Position numbers and translations under genes: made by a program. Under the pieces are notes generated by a model. It saw only the letters and a list, made by a program, of their open reading frames with translations. It did not search any database and had not been told where the DNA came from. A DNA stretch of 63,519 nt, the filler included, from Parasitella parasitica NRRL 2501 (taxonomy: Eukaryota; Fungi; Mucoromycota): NCBI GenBank assembly GCA_025201805.1. It is 10 parts of 10 records of this genome, joined end to end, with 100 filler letters (N's around TTAATTAATTAA, not from the genome) between each part and the next. Parts side by side here need not be neighbours in the genome. Positions count along the whole stretch, not along the records: positions 51,677 to 57,903 come from MU619283.1; positions 58,004 to 59,048 come from MU619522.1; positions 59,149 to 61,199 come from MU619582.1; positions 61,300 to 63,519 come from MU619298.1; 6 more parts are not named here. One strand, written 5' to 3'. Below, one piece after another: positions 52,219-63,519 of the stretch. Positions within the stretch are counted from its first letter, which is position 1. Each line of letters opens with the position of its first letter.

Positions 52219-54970
52219 TCAAGGCTCAGGCTGGTAAGGAATAAAAGATATATCCTTTGCTTTACCTTTCCCCTTCGTTCTTCGGTTTTTGGCCGTCAAA
52301 GGAGGCGTCGGTCTAATACGAAGAGGTGTAAGAGGGCGAGAGGGTGGAGCAGGGACAAAAGGCACAGAGGCAGAGGGCACAAAGGCGGAAGGCACAGAGG
52401 CGGAAGGCACAAAGGCAGGAGGCATAGAAGCAGAAGGTAAGGCGGTTGGAAGAAGAGAGGCAGGAGGAACAGAGGCAGATGCTGCAGAGGGAGAAGGCAC
52501 AAAGGCAGAAGATCCATGATTACTACCTTGGCCAGCCAAGGCAAGTTGTAGCTGCGACGTTAGAAATTGTTGGCTTGTTAACATTGTTTGGATCATGGCC
52601 TGTTGCTGCTTTATCTGTTGATCTTGCTGTTGCAGCTGGAAGGACAGTGCATTCAATAAAGAATTGTGGTGAGATTTGGCCTCAACTTCTTGTTTATGAT
52701 TGCTGTTGATGGTATGCATCACAAAAGCAAATTGATTGTCAAAGTGTTGGTTGGTGCGCAAGATCTGATTGTTTATTTGCAGAGTACTGCCAGATAATTC
52801 CCTTTGGGCATTGATGATTTCGGGAACAAGGCCTTCAAATTCTTGCAATCTACTAGGGACATCAGAGTTGCGGAGGACCGAGAAAACATCTTCTTTGAAC
52901 GCTAAAAACTCAGGAGTTGAAAATATAGCATCTTCAAGTGGTTTGTTGGGTCTGTTCAAGAAGAGCATTGCGGCAGCGTCTTGAAGGATTACCCTGCGGA
53001 GGCGGACAATTAGCTTAAGAAACCCACGTTTGTTGATCTCGGCAGCAGTTACTTGGGCAGGCTCGTGAGTTTTTTCAACTTGGGCTTTCGACCCACCTTG
53101 TCCATCTTCTTCGACAACGTTCATTTGTGAATGCTCGGGCTCTTCACCATCATCATAGTTGTCGTCGTATTCGTTCATTTCTCTGGTGCAAACGTCATAC
53201 CACTCTTTACTAACGCCGTAAACACTCTCGATCCATGGAAAGATTTTACGCTGTAAATCTATGGACGGGCTGATGATGTTTCTCTCCAGATGGAATGGTT
53301 TGTTCTTGAACCCAGCCATGCCACGAGCGAAAGGAAGGGGCAGCTTTCCAATGTAATTAGTTTCGAGACGACTTAAGCCCTCTCTCCAACCACCTCCATG
53401 CTTTAGGTCGCCCATCGAAACACCAATCGTATGAGCTTCTACTGAACCAGAATGACGACCACCGTGAGTAACTTTGGACGTGTGGATGCCATGGTTGATA
53501 AAAATTTTCTTGCAAACATTCCAATTTTGGGTATTACATATACTCTTCTCCCCGCTGAATCTACCTCTGACAGCTTTGTAGAAACGGAATCGATCTTCGT
53601 TTACAATGCTTTTCCCTTCATCATTCTAATTTGAACCATTAGTATTTAGCTCAAAAGCAATAATTAACTTATTCATATACCTGAAGTAAACTAAAAACAT
53701 AGAATGCAAAAGCACTTATGGGGCACCTGGTGATGTTTTCATGGCGAAGAGCACAGACATATCTTGTTTCGCCTTCTTTCATCGTCTTTCCTTTCTTCAT
53801 GCAGATAACCATAACGACTTCCTTTTGCATACCAGCGTTATTGTATTGCTGGTAGGCTGTGACAGCAAAACAATCAGAGAAGTTCAAGTTTCTAATGTCT
53901 TCATCGCGGAAAAGAAAGTGGTGGCCTGCACAAATGGTGAAGAGCTCCCTAACATTAGTCTCTTTCCAGGACTCTACACAGTTCAGCAGGTGTGTATGAC
54001 TCTCGGAGGGTACAATGGGCATTTCTATCAGGATCAGCATTTACCTCGTCATACTTCATGTTGTGTTTACGTCGATTCAACAGCGATTTCAAGGCTTTAT
54101 CGTGGGTGGGATTCGGCCACGGGAGACCACCTCTCTGCTGGCATTGGTATTCGAAGAGCCAACTCATCCCTTTTCTGTATTGGTCTGTCGATGAATTGCC
54201 ATTAGGAATGGAAACTTGTACATGCTTTCCCGATTTGTTTCGTGAAGCAGTAGCTCGCACTAGAGATAAAAAAGTTAATATAACAATGTATAGAGCAGCA
54301 AAAATATCTTGCTTACTCTGTAATAAAGTTGGGGAAGAGTTTGAAGCCTCGTTTTCATCTACTTCCTCAACCAAGCTGATCTGAGTGCGAGCATGTTCAT
54401 TTGGTATCATACTCTTGATGTATTTACGGTTGAAAACAAACTCCTCAAAGAAAGAAAAGAGCATGAAGGAACCGCCAACGGTGTAGATTTCATCAGGAAT
54501 GGAAAGTGTGAATCGATGGGCATTGGCATCGCAATAGACCTATTATCAATTATATTAGTACGTTTGTATTACTCATCTAGATATCCAAGATTACATACCT
54601 CCCAATCAAGGATTACGGGTGCGTAAGCATTGAATGTTGACTGAGTCTTGTCGATGAATAGCCAATGCAATGCACGACCAACATCATTTTCTTCACTCAG
54701 GTCGAGTAGTTGTCCCGATGTCGACTCTTTTAACTTTTTAGCTGTGGCAAAGGTCCGAGGACGGAAACGTAAAGGTTCGTTGGATTCATCAGCTACGACC
54801 ATTGAAGATGTGGATGCTTCTTCTGGCATGACCTGAACGACCTTTTTGGGGCGGCCACGACCCCTAGGAGCTGGCTGAACTGGCTGATCTGACATTTGCT
54901 CTTCCTCTTCATTATCAATAGCAATAAGGCGCCTTTTGCGACCATTAAAAGCGGATGATATAGATGACAT
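52219..54970 (-). mobile_element. Crypton-type (Ndc10 domain II-like) tyrosine recombinase gene, 3 introns, one frameshift
   Basis: HHFLFRDEDIR, KGKT, ALRHENITRCPISAFAFY, KVTHGGRHSG, GGW, LETNY, GMAGF, LQRKIFPWIE, LRRVILQDAA; frame switch near 53968. Confidence 0.85.
52350..52510 (-). repeat. Coding 15/30-bp degenerate repeat (AFVPSASVPP) in recombinase C-tail
   Basis: Repeated ggcacaaaggc/ggcacagaggc units on the + strand. Confidence 0.8.
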
Positions 54971-57900
54971 GTTATTAATAAGATTAAAAGTGAAAATAGT
55001 GGTTGATATGTATTTTTTTTTAATAGAATAAATCGAAAATGTGAAGGTTTATATATGATCTCAAACTTCAGGGCCTAATAATAAACGAGACTTCCTGTTT
55101 GAGTCGAATTTTACTTAAGACAAGGTATCGGCAAGTCAGGACTTAATTTTACTGTCTCAAATGCAGGGAAATAATTAGTATCTTCCACTCGATTATTAGT
55201 ATCATTCACTCATTTACCTTCTAAATTTGGAAGGTTTTTGAATTTTTTGAATTTTTTCATTGGTTGAAAAAAAAATATAATTTCCAAATTTTATTTTAAC
55301 GATGCACGATACTGTATCAACTAATATTAACAACGATCAAGTAAAAATATAAAATAAATCCATCTGTGAATCTAGAATATTACATAAAAAGTTAATCATA
55401 ATGTTTAGAGCATTTGATTTATAGCTTAGATTCATAGTGTAGTTACTTTATACCATTTCAAGTAATGCAACTCGAAAGACATGCGGCCACAAAGAGCCAA
55501 ATCAAGATTTCAAAGAAAAAAAATGAATATGAAGAAAGATATTCTGATTTTATGAACAAAAAGGCCCGTTCATACGTTGAAGAATTTTAAACAGTGTTGA
55601 TTGGGAACCATTCAAAACACAAATGGGTCGAAGCAGAGCAACATTGATAATTCTTTTTCTGTTGAATCAGTCTGTTTACGATAAAGGAAAAGCTAGTCAT
55701 CCAATTCAATCGTATACCATGTCAAATACACAAATAAGACGTAAATAATTCACTTGGATTTTCATTGCAGGTTGATGGTGATCTATAATATTATCAATCT
55801 CATTGTTGTGCCAGTGTTAAGGCCCCAGCAAAATGGTGTGTAACAAAAGTGATAAAGACTTTCTCTCAATAAAACCAGGACTTTTATTGACATAAGATAT
55901 TTGATCTTTATTTATACTAAACTATATCTTGATCAATGTCTATCCAGATAGTATTTGATGTTTGACAAGAACCGTCAAACATTATTACATCACAGCATTT
56001 CCAGGAACAGACCTATTTTTCTACTTTACATTAAAGAGAAGATGTGAACAACATGTTTGCCCGACATCTCGCGATTTTATTTAGACATATTCTTTGAATA
56101 AGCCTATAATTTTTGAAGAGGTTCCATTAAAACTTGTAGCTTTTCTTTTTGTTTGTAGTGAAATTACCAACAACTATGAATATCTGATCCATACATTATA
56201 ACTACGTTAGATGTGACATATGTAGCCTTATGTGAATACAACACTGATAATTTATGATCTTTATTTTTCCAGCTTTAACGTCGCAAATCAAGTTTATAGT
56301 TTGACATTCAACATTGGACTTGAAAGATAAATTTTTTCTCGAATTTAGATATTTTTTGACAACCTATGAGGTGGATTAATCAGAAAAATATATGCGCATT
56401 CTAGAGCCCAAAACCCGGGTTTGATCAGCCTTAAAAATAAATTTACAAGTTCATCTTGTCATCTAGTGTAGAGTTGGGGATATAAACAACTGTTACCAAG
56501 AGATCTAAATAAAAACCAATAAATATCAACTTGATGAGTTATAGGTTTTATTACATGTAGTTTATATTAATTTAAAATAACTAGGCGAACCTAGAAGTGC
56601 AATGCAGATCATTATAGTAAAAGCATTTCACAATTTCTGTTGATGTCGACTGTTTCATCCATAGAAGGGATATATGTTGTGAGGTTCGGTCGTAAGCGCC
56701 TTTAGCAGAACTTATAACCAAATATCTGTTAATCATGAAAATGATGTTGAATAACAATAATAATTCGCTGGGACCTGTTCACCTGAAAAAAAAAAAAAAA
56801 AAAAAAAAAAACGCATTTTTAATACTGCAAATTAGACCATGAATTTATTATTTCATAAAAGCTTGTTCACAACACCTGTTTCCGAAAAATTAGTTGTTGT
56901 TACCAGACTTTCAATAATAAGGAACAAACAAATATTCACACTAGATCAATATAATGAGGAAATAGGCAAAACTCGTACACATCATATCGTTGACACATGT
57001 ATTCTATTGCATATATTACAATATCCAACAATGTTTAATTATGAACGAGTTTTGCAAATAATCGTTCATTTTCGATGTTCGCGTCCAGTGTATTGTGAGT
57101 AGCGTAAAAAATAAAGACAAAATGCAGTAGCCAAAATCTAAACTTACTTTTCAAATTACAGTGCACATTTATGAGGGGTTTATCATTAGGTCGTTTATGT
57201 TTAGTTCAACTCTGTGTACTGCCAAGTCCAAAGCGTATTTCCTATGTCGATAAATCCAGAATAATCACGACAGAAATATGTCGGTGAGTAAGTCAATGTC
57301 TGTTTATACTAATAGCCTAGGTATGTCATTTTTATGTTTGTCATGCAGTTTATAAATATCAGATAGATTCGTAACAAATAAAATACCAAGTACATGCTAT
57401 CACCGATTGACGTCTAATGCAAATCAGAATACGCACTAGTGTACGGAGGAAAATACCTCTTACCATTTTATCTTTCACCTCCATACATATAGTATGAGTT
57501 TTGGTCCTAAAGCACTATATATTAAGCATAATGATTGGATAAATATTATGAAAGGTTTCTTGATTTGCACTACAAATCATACAGCATAGTTCTTCAATAC
57601 TATGCAAGTATTTGATTAGCGTTGCAAACAATTTCCAAGATGAAAATCATTTACGCAATCGTCTGATGATTCGTAAAACGAGCTCGTTTCCTAACGTACG
57701 TGTGCATGACATCTCGACATAATTGATAACCGTAAAACAAAGCTTATGAAGATGGCTTTAATATCTTTTTCAAACTCTGTCTTTATTCATTACATTTTTT
57801 CAGATACGGTATATTCAAATTGGTCCTGCTCTCGCTAGGCACTCTTGATGTTCCTTTGTTGCTGCTCAATCAGCATTTTTTTTTTTTTTTTTTTTTTTTT

Positions 57901-58003
57901 TTTNNNNNNNNNNNNNNNNNNNNNNNNNNNNNNNNNNNNNNNNNNNNTTAATTAATTAANNNNNNNNNNNNNNNNNNNNNNNNNNNNNNNNNNNNNNNNN
58001 NNN

Positions 58004-59048
58004 CCGCATACTTTGTCCCTGAAGGTTGGCGCCCTGACGGTCCACTGTGTATACTTTCCTCCACCCCTATCAACTGATAGGGTGCTCTCGGCCCTTTGCT
58101 CACTACCTCTGACTAGGGATACTATACTATGCGGCGATTTTAATGCTCGGATGGGCTCTCTGACTGGTGATACTGTGGCAACACCCCGTGGTAATGCTCT
58201 AAAGCCTTGGCTAGACGAGTACTGCTTCAGGGTTCTGAATGCATCCTTGGCTTTTGGTGTCAATACATATTCTTCTTTTAGGCGGCAGCAAGAGATGAGT
58301 AGTATTATTGATCTGTTTTTAACAAATAATGGTGATTCTGGTATGGTAGATGCTCAACTGTTGGTTGAGTCTGATCTGTCTCTTGGTTCCGATCATCGGT
58401 TAATGCGATTTACTTTCGAGTATATCCCATCTTCCGTTGATCCTGTGGCTTCTGGTGATACTGGTCTGGCTTTTCGGCGGCAGTGGAAGCTCTCGAAATT
58501 GAAGAAAGAGAAGCCTTTGGGCCTCCTCCGTGACTCCTTTCGATCTTCTATTGCTCCTTTGGTTGGTACTCTGTCTGATTTGGTGTCTGCTCCTCCTGGT
58601 GTTCGTCCGGATATTAAAGCACTCAACGATTCTTTGAATCAATGTTTGTATGAATCTTTGGATAGTCATATTGGTGTGAAAACTGGCCGTCCTGGACATT
58701 GGAAAAAGTACTGGACTTGTGAAATTCAAGATGCTGCTATCGATCGCGACCACTTGTATAGTCATCAATGGAGGCACGCCTCTATTGGCTATGCAAAAGT
58801 TGAAGCTTGGGCCTTTTATCAATCAGCTCAGAGGAATTTCAGACGCCTAATACAAGCTGCCAAACGCAAGTCGTGGAAACAGTTTTGTGAAGCATTGGAA
58901 CGCGACTTTTCGAAGGCTACTGCTGCTATCAAACGCATCAAGCGCAATAAGGAATCTTCTGCTACATACAGCCATCCTGATGGTCCTGCTGCCTCTGTTG
59001 CCTCTATGGGTTCTCATCTTGCGACTGTCTACAATGGCTCTTTGCTAT
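58004..59048 (+). mobile_element. Non-LTR retrotransposon APE endonuclease region (second family), open frame, both ends at contig limits
   Basis: CVYFPP, LCGDFNARMG, SIIDLFLTN, LSLGSDH, KYWT.EI, AKRKSWKQFC. Confidence 0.9.
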
Positions 59049-59151
59049 NNNNNNNNNNNNNNNNNNNNNNNNNNNNNNNNNNNNNNNNNNNNTTAATTAA
59101 TTAANNNNNNNNNNNNNNNNNNNNNNNNNNNNNNNNNNNNNNNNNNNNAAA

Positions 59152-61044
59152 ATGCCAAAATGCGATCAGTGCGATCGTCGTCCTGCTAATCCTAAAAACC
59201 TGAAGACCCATAATCGTGATTACCATGTAGATGTTGTGTACTATGGAGAAAGTATGTTATTTTGCATTTGTTTTGGGAGGGAGGGAGGGAGGGAGAGAGA
59301 TTTTCGGTATTCTCACATTTTTATCTTTTGCAGGCTTGACACCTATCAACAAGAACGAAAAAGGCTTCACTTGCCCAATATGCCATAAAATTTACACCAT
59401 AACACGAACAATTTTCGCCCATCTCAAAAAGCACGACCTAAATGCGTCCTTTGCGAACAAAAAAGAATTCGACGAGTTGGCCAGCAGCAGCGACAAGTTG
59501 GATTCTAATGCTGAATACAGTATAGACGAAACAGAGGCAGATGAAGGCACAGATCAGCATTCGGTTAACATAGAAGAATCAGATAAAGGCACAGATCAGC
59601 ATTCAGTTGACATAGAAGAAACAGATGAAGTCGCAGGTCAGCATTCAGTTGACATAGAAGAAACAGGCGATGAAAAAACATACACAGGCAGGATCACACA
59701 AATTCCATTGGAGGTGTCGTCAAGAAAAAAGATATCTCTTCTCACACATCGCGATGTGATTCTGACATCTACCAACTCTCTGACTGCCGATGAAGATATC
59801 CAAGAGGACAAGATGATGCTGGCTAAGCTGGGCCGATGGGCTCCCATAATATACAGACAAGAAAATATGCAGTACGGTATGCTGACATCGCCATCGATTG
59901 CTTCTATATTACTATCAAAAAGCCAAACGACAGGTTCGTGGTGTAGTCCCTCCAATGATGTTGATCGCTCCCCAAAAGAGGTTATGAAAACCGATTCCAA
60001 TTATTTCATACGCTACTTGAAAATCACAAGGTAGTTAATATGCATTTATTTGACGCTGAAAAAATACCAACTTATCTCGTTAGCAAAGCATCAAAAAAAC
60101 TGGTAGATACTCTGCACGAGGAAATAACAGGTAAAATGGTTGATGTGCTTAACCGGGATTGGCTACAGCATCCACAGATGCGGTACTGCACACCACAACT
60201 GCTAGCAGGTGCGATCCTGATCGAAGGTGCAACAGGTATTGTTATTAACGCTGTAGAGCCATATTCCCGGGATACACTACTCGATGCACATTATGAACGA
60301 AGATTTCTTGGAGCTGCGACGTCTTTTCCGTCTAAACCCAACCAGTACGGCTTTTTATCGATATGTCAACTATCAACCCCTGATGGTTTAAAGTTGATTA
60401 TCGGTTCGCGAACTAGCAATTTCCTTGTCACTTCCAGTCTTCGTCTGGACAGCATCTCTGTTAATCTCGGACCAGCGACTACCCACTTCACGCCATCAGA
60501 AAACACCAGGTTATTTCTTGATGTTAGCTCCATTGCAGCTTGTAAGTCGGAGATGTCAAATCCAATGCTTTCCCGTTCCCAGCTGATGCCTTCCATGTAC
60601 TTGCTCAGGCAGGTGAGAAGCAAATTTGACCATTTGTCGACGTACACATTGTGTCGGTCAGTTTCTATGATTGCTTCCCAGCTGGAATTACAACCTTCGA
60701 CTATCTGGACACTCTCAGATCAAGAGTCGAGTCAGACGTCCATAAGCCAAGAAAAGGTTGGATCCTTGCTTTTCAGGGAAATTGCAATACAAGTTATCAA
60801 AAATGAGGAAAAGGCTGTATTGAAATTGGAGACATTGCTGAAACTGACAACCAAGACGAAAAAGTGTTCGACAGTTGATACCATATTGAGCAAAATTCGC
60901 AAATTGTTTGAAGATCAAGACCAAATCGCCATTATTGGGAACACATCACTTAACAACCAATTGACAGATTTAGCAGCGATCATCAGAAACAAACGAGAAA
61001 ATGACAAGAAAATCGAACTTATCAGCAAAGCATTATACGATTAG
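59152..61044 (+). CDS. C2H2 zinc-finger protein with uncharacterised C-terminal domain; exons 59152-59251, 59334-60030, 60084-61044
   Basis: CDQC...HNRDYH and CPIC...HLKKH fingers; two GT-AG introns join the three ORFs in frame. Confidence 0.75.
59540..59665 (+). repeat. Coding tandem repeat, 3 x 42 bp (DEGTDQHSVDIEET)
   Basis: Three 14-aa units visible in DNA and protein. Confidence 0.9.
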
Positions 61045-62789
61045 ATACCATCCGCATTGATTTACCACCTTCAATACCATTTTTACCCGCTACTATTTCT
61101 ATTTATCATTACCAACGTCCCATCAGTCATTTAAGGAACAAAACAGCCAATTAATTTATTCCCTCTATTATATTGTCCTCGCTATCAGCATTCTGCATTN
61201 NNNNNNNNNNNNNNNNNNNNNNNNNNNNNNNNNNNNNNNNNNNTTAATTAATTAANNNNNNNNNNNNNNNNNNNNNNNNNNNNNNNNNNNNNNNNNNNNA
61301 TAGCAGATGCAAAGTTGAATCTTTAATAAAGTAATCTCAAGTTTTCGTATCTCGTTAATTCAACGTTTTATATTATACTTTTCTTATTTCGATCTTGCAG
61401 ATCTCAATAAACTTATTGTTTGTCAATCATACAAATCTGTGTTACAGATATGTAGTAATCGTATAAGTGTACCAAGACGATTTCTTAATACAGAACAAAG
61501 GCCGTGCTGAATCATCTTTACCATTTCCAATATCAAGTCCATTGCTAACCATACCCATTATCCATAACCGAATGCCTTAATATATATATATCACCGAATC
61601 TCTAAAGTATAAATACTCATAGCAATTTTATCAAATAAAGGATTTTCTTATTATTCACAAAAAGCATTAGTTACACAATCTCGGATATTACAAGATAACC
61701 TCCTTGATTTGAAACAAAGACTTTATTCTCCTGTTTCGACAAGTATAACAACACATCATTGGACAATTTTCAATCTTTAAATGAAGTACACTATCGTGAT
61801 CTCCTATCCTACATTATGACAGATCAGCTATTTTGTAGCTTTATGATTGTATTGCTAGATCATGTATCTTTGAATATCATTCGTAGCTCTGAACGTTATG
61901 AAAATAAATTTAACATCTGCTATAAATATATGAAAAAAAAATTTATATATTTCTACTGTATTGCTGTAAAAAAAAATAAAAAATTGAATAAGCCTTATTA
62001 TTGTAAACTTGTTATAATCTCAGTCTTCTGTTAAAAGGAATACATCTATAATAGTAAAAATTATCCTTAAAACACTTTTCAAGTTTTTAAATATTGATAA
62101 CATCCTTCATTAGAGGAAAGATTCACATTAAAGTAAATTTTGGGAACACATTCTATATTTTCTTCGAAAAACTTCTTCATCTCTTTTAACAAACCTTTAA
62201 ACTGCAAATAACTTTTTTACAAGGATACATTCTCTTTAAAGTAGCAACCGGAACACATCTTTTGACTTAAAGGAAATCTTCCCATTTGATGTGTCAATTT
62301 CCCAACCGGAAGTCAAACTCAAGTAAACTCAATCCTGAACACAATTCAGGAACATATCCCAATAGATCATGTTCCTTATTTATAACTCAACATGACATGT
62401 TCATGGACAATAGATACGATCTATCGTTCCATTCTCTAAATCACACCATGTCTCACACTTGTATCTTATCCTCCCATAAGTCCACTTAGATTCACTAGTA
62501 TATAAACCATCATTTTTTCCATGTAATAAACGAGATCTTTACCTGATTAATTCACAATTTATTGAATAATTTCTCATTCTGGTAAATCACCATTTATTCT
62601 ATAAATCTTTTCAAAGGAATACATTTTTCTACTCGATAGAGAAAATCATCCTTATTTAGGTATATTTAAAGAGAAAACATTGCAAATATCATTGGAAAAT
62701 TTTCATCTTGAATATTTGACTATAATCTTATATATCACGATACAACCAGGTTATCTAAATCTTAAAACTCATATAAACTTACAGCTCGA

Positions 62790-63248
62790 TCTGTATCAAC
62801 CCAAGTTGAAACTAAAAATCGAATATGAGGTTAGGGGTCCAAACAGAGCAAAATCTGAAAAATGGTCAGAGGTACATGAGACTCCAAGCTGTTGTAGAAT
62901 GGTGTGGAAAATTTTTTTTAGCTAAAGGCTGTATCTCTATTGCTTACTAGTTTGCAAGGATGCTAGAGATTACAAATAATGCCTTTAAGCGGAAAAAAAT
63001 AATGATCTTGATTAGATGGCATTAATATTAAGCAAATCATAGAGCTATGTAAAAATAGCTTTTGAGGTCAATTTTTACAGTATCTTTTTCATTGATTCAA
63101 ATCAACACATAACCTAATTGTTTATGGAGTTCATGGTTTGCTCCTCAATTTAAATAGGTGCTTCACTGCTAAAGGCCTATATATTAGCAGTGAGAAATTC
63201 AAGCTCAGAAATATGTTGCCATCCCAAATTTTCATTGCTTAACATCTC
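62790..63248 (-). repeat. Repeat family A, partial inverted copy
   Basis: Reverse complement aligns to 10045-10525. Confidence 0.88.
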
Positions 63249-63519
63249 TGTTATGTCAAAAGTCTGTTAAAATAAATTTGCCAGAGAATTACACTTTTAT
63301 TCATAGTACATTCCTCGATAAATAATATACACATTCATTACTGTAATGAAATGGCACTATTATATGGCACCACAATTACATTAAAATAAAATCCAGATGG
63401 ATCATGGCTGATCCATTCAAGAAAGAAATACATGAAAAGCACAAGTAAACATTAACAAGTGTTGGTAGAGGCTTGCACTCCTGATCAAAGTACAATCTCC
63501 TACAACCCTGGCACATGCT

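Noticed and set aside
52289-52709. Overlapping repetitive ORFs on the + strand
   Set aside because: Antisense shadows of the recombinase low-complexity tail
55440-56450. Possible decayed gene upstream of the Crypton
   Set aside because: Coding-like composition but no interpretable motif or sustained frame

Overview
Eukaryotic, AT-rich, intron-rich fungal DNA. The gene families, short introns and transposon types fit Mucorales (Mucor/Parasitella-like; inference). The window is not one molecule: nine identical 100-bp artificial spacers (44 N + TTAATTAATTAA + 44 N) join ten separate contigs, and there is one plain 855-N gap, so adjacency across spacers is meaningless. Housekeeping genes found: CTU1/NCS6, a CBM21 PP1 glycogen-targeting subunit, an RlpA/expansin-like secreted protein, a multi-TM protein, CSN5, a Ca2+/H+ exchanger, ATG17, a COX14-like gene, SNF7, a sphingosine kinase and small orphan genes. 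The rest is mobile DNA: several L1/Tx1-like LINEs (decayed, internally deleted or fragmentary), a Ty3/gypsy gag-protease ORF, Tc1/mariner remnants and a MITE, an intron-containing Crypton-type tyrosine recombinase, and a long non-coding dispersed repeat family. The most interesting candidate is the 5' half of a spliced, Fanzor1-like (TnpB-derived RNA-guided nuclease) gene at 40779-41787, cut by a contig end before the RuvC domain. It lies head-to-head with a zinc-knuckle ORF across a 19-bp tandem array. All homology calls are from motif recognition by eye, not from database searches.
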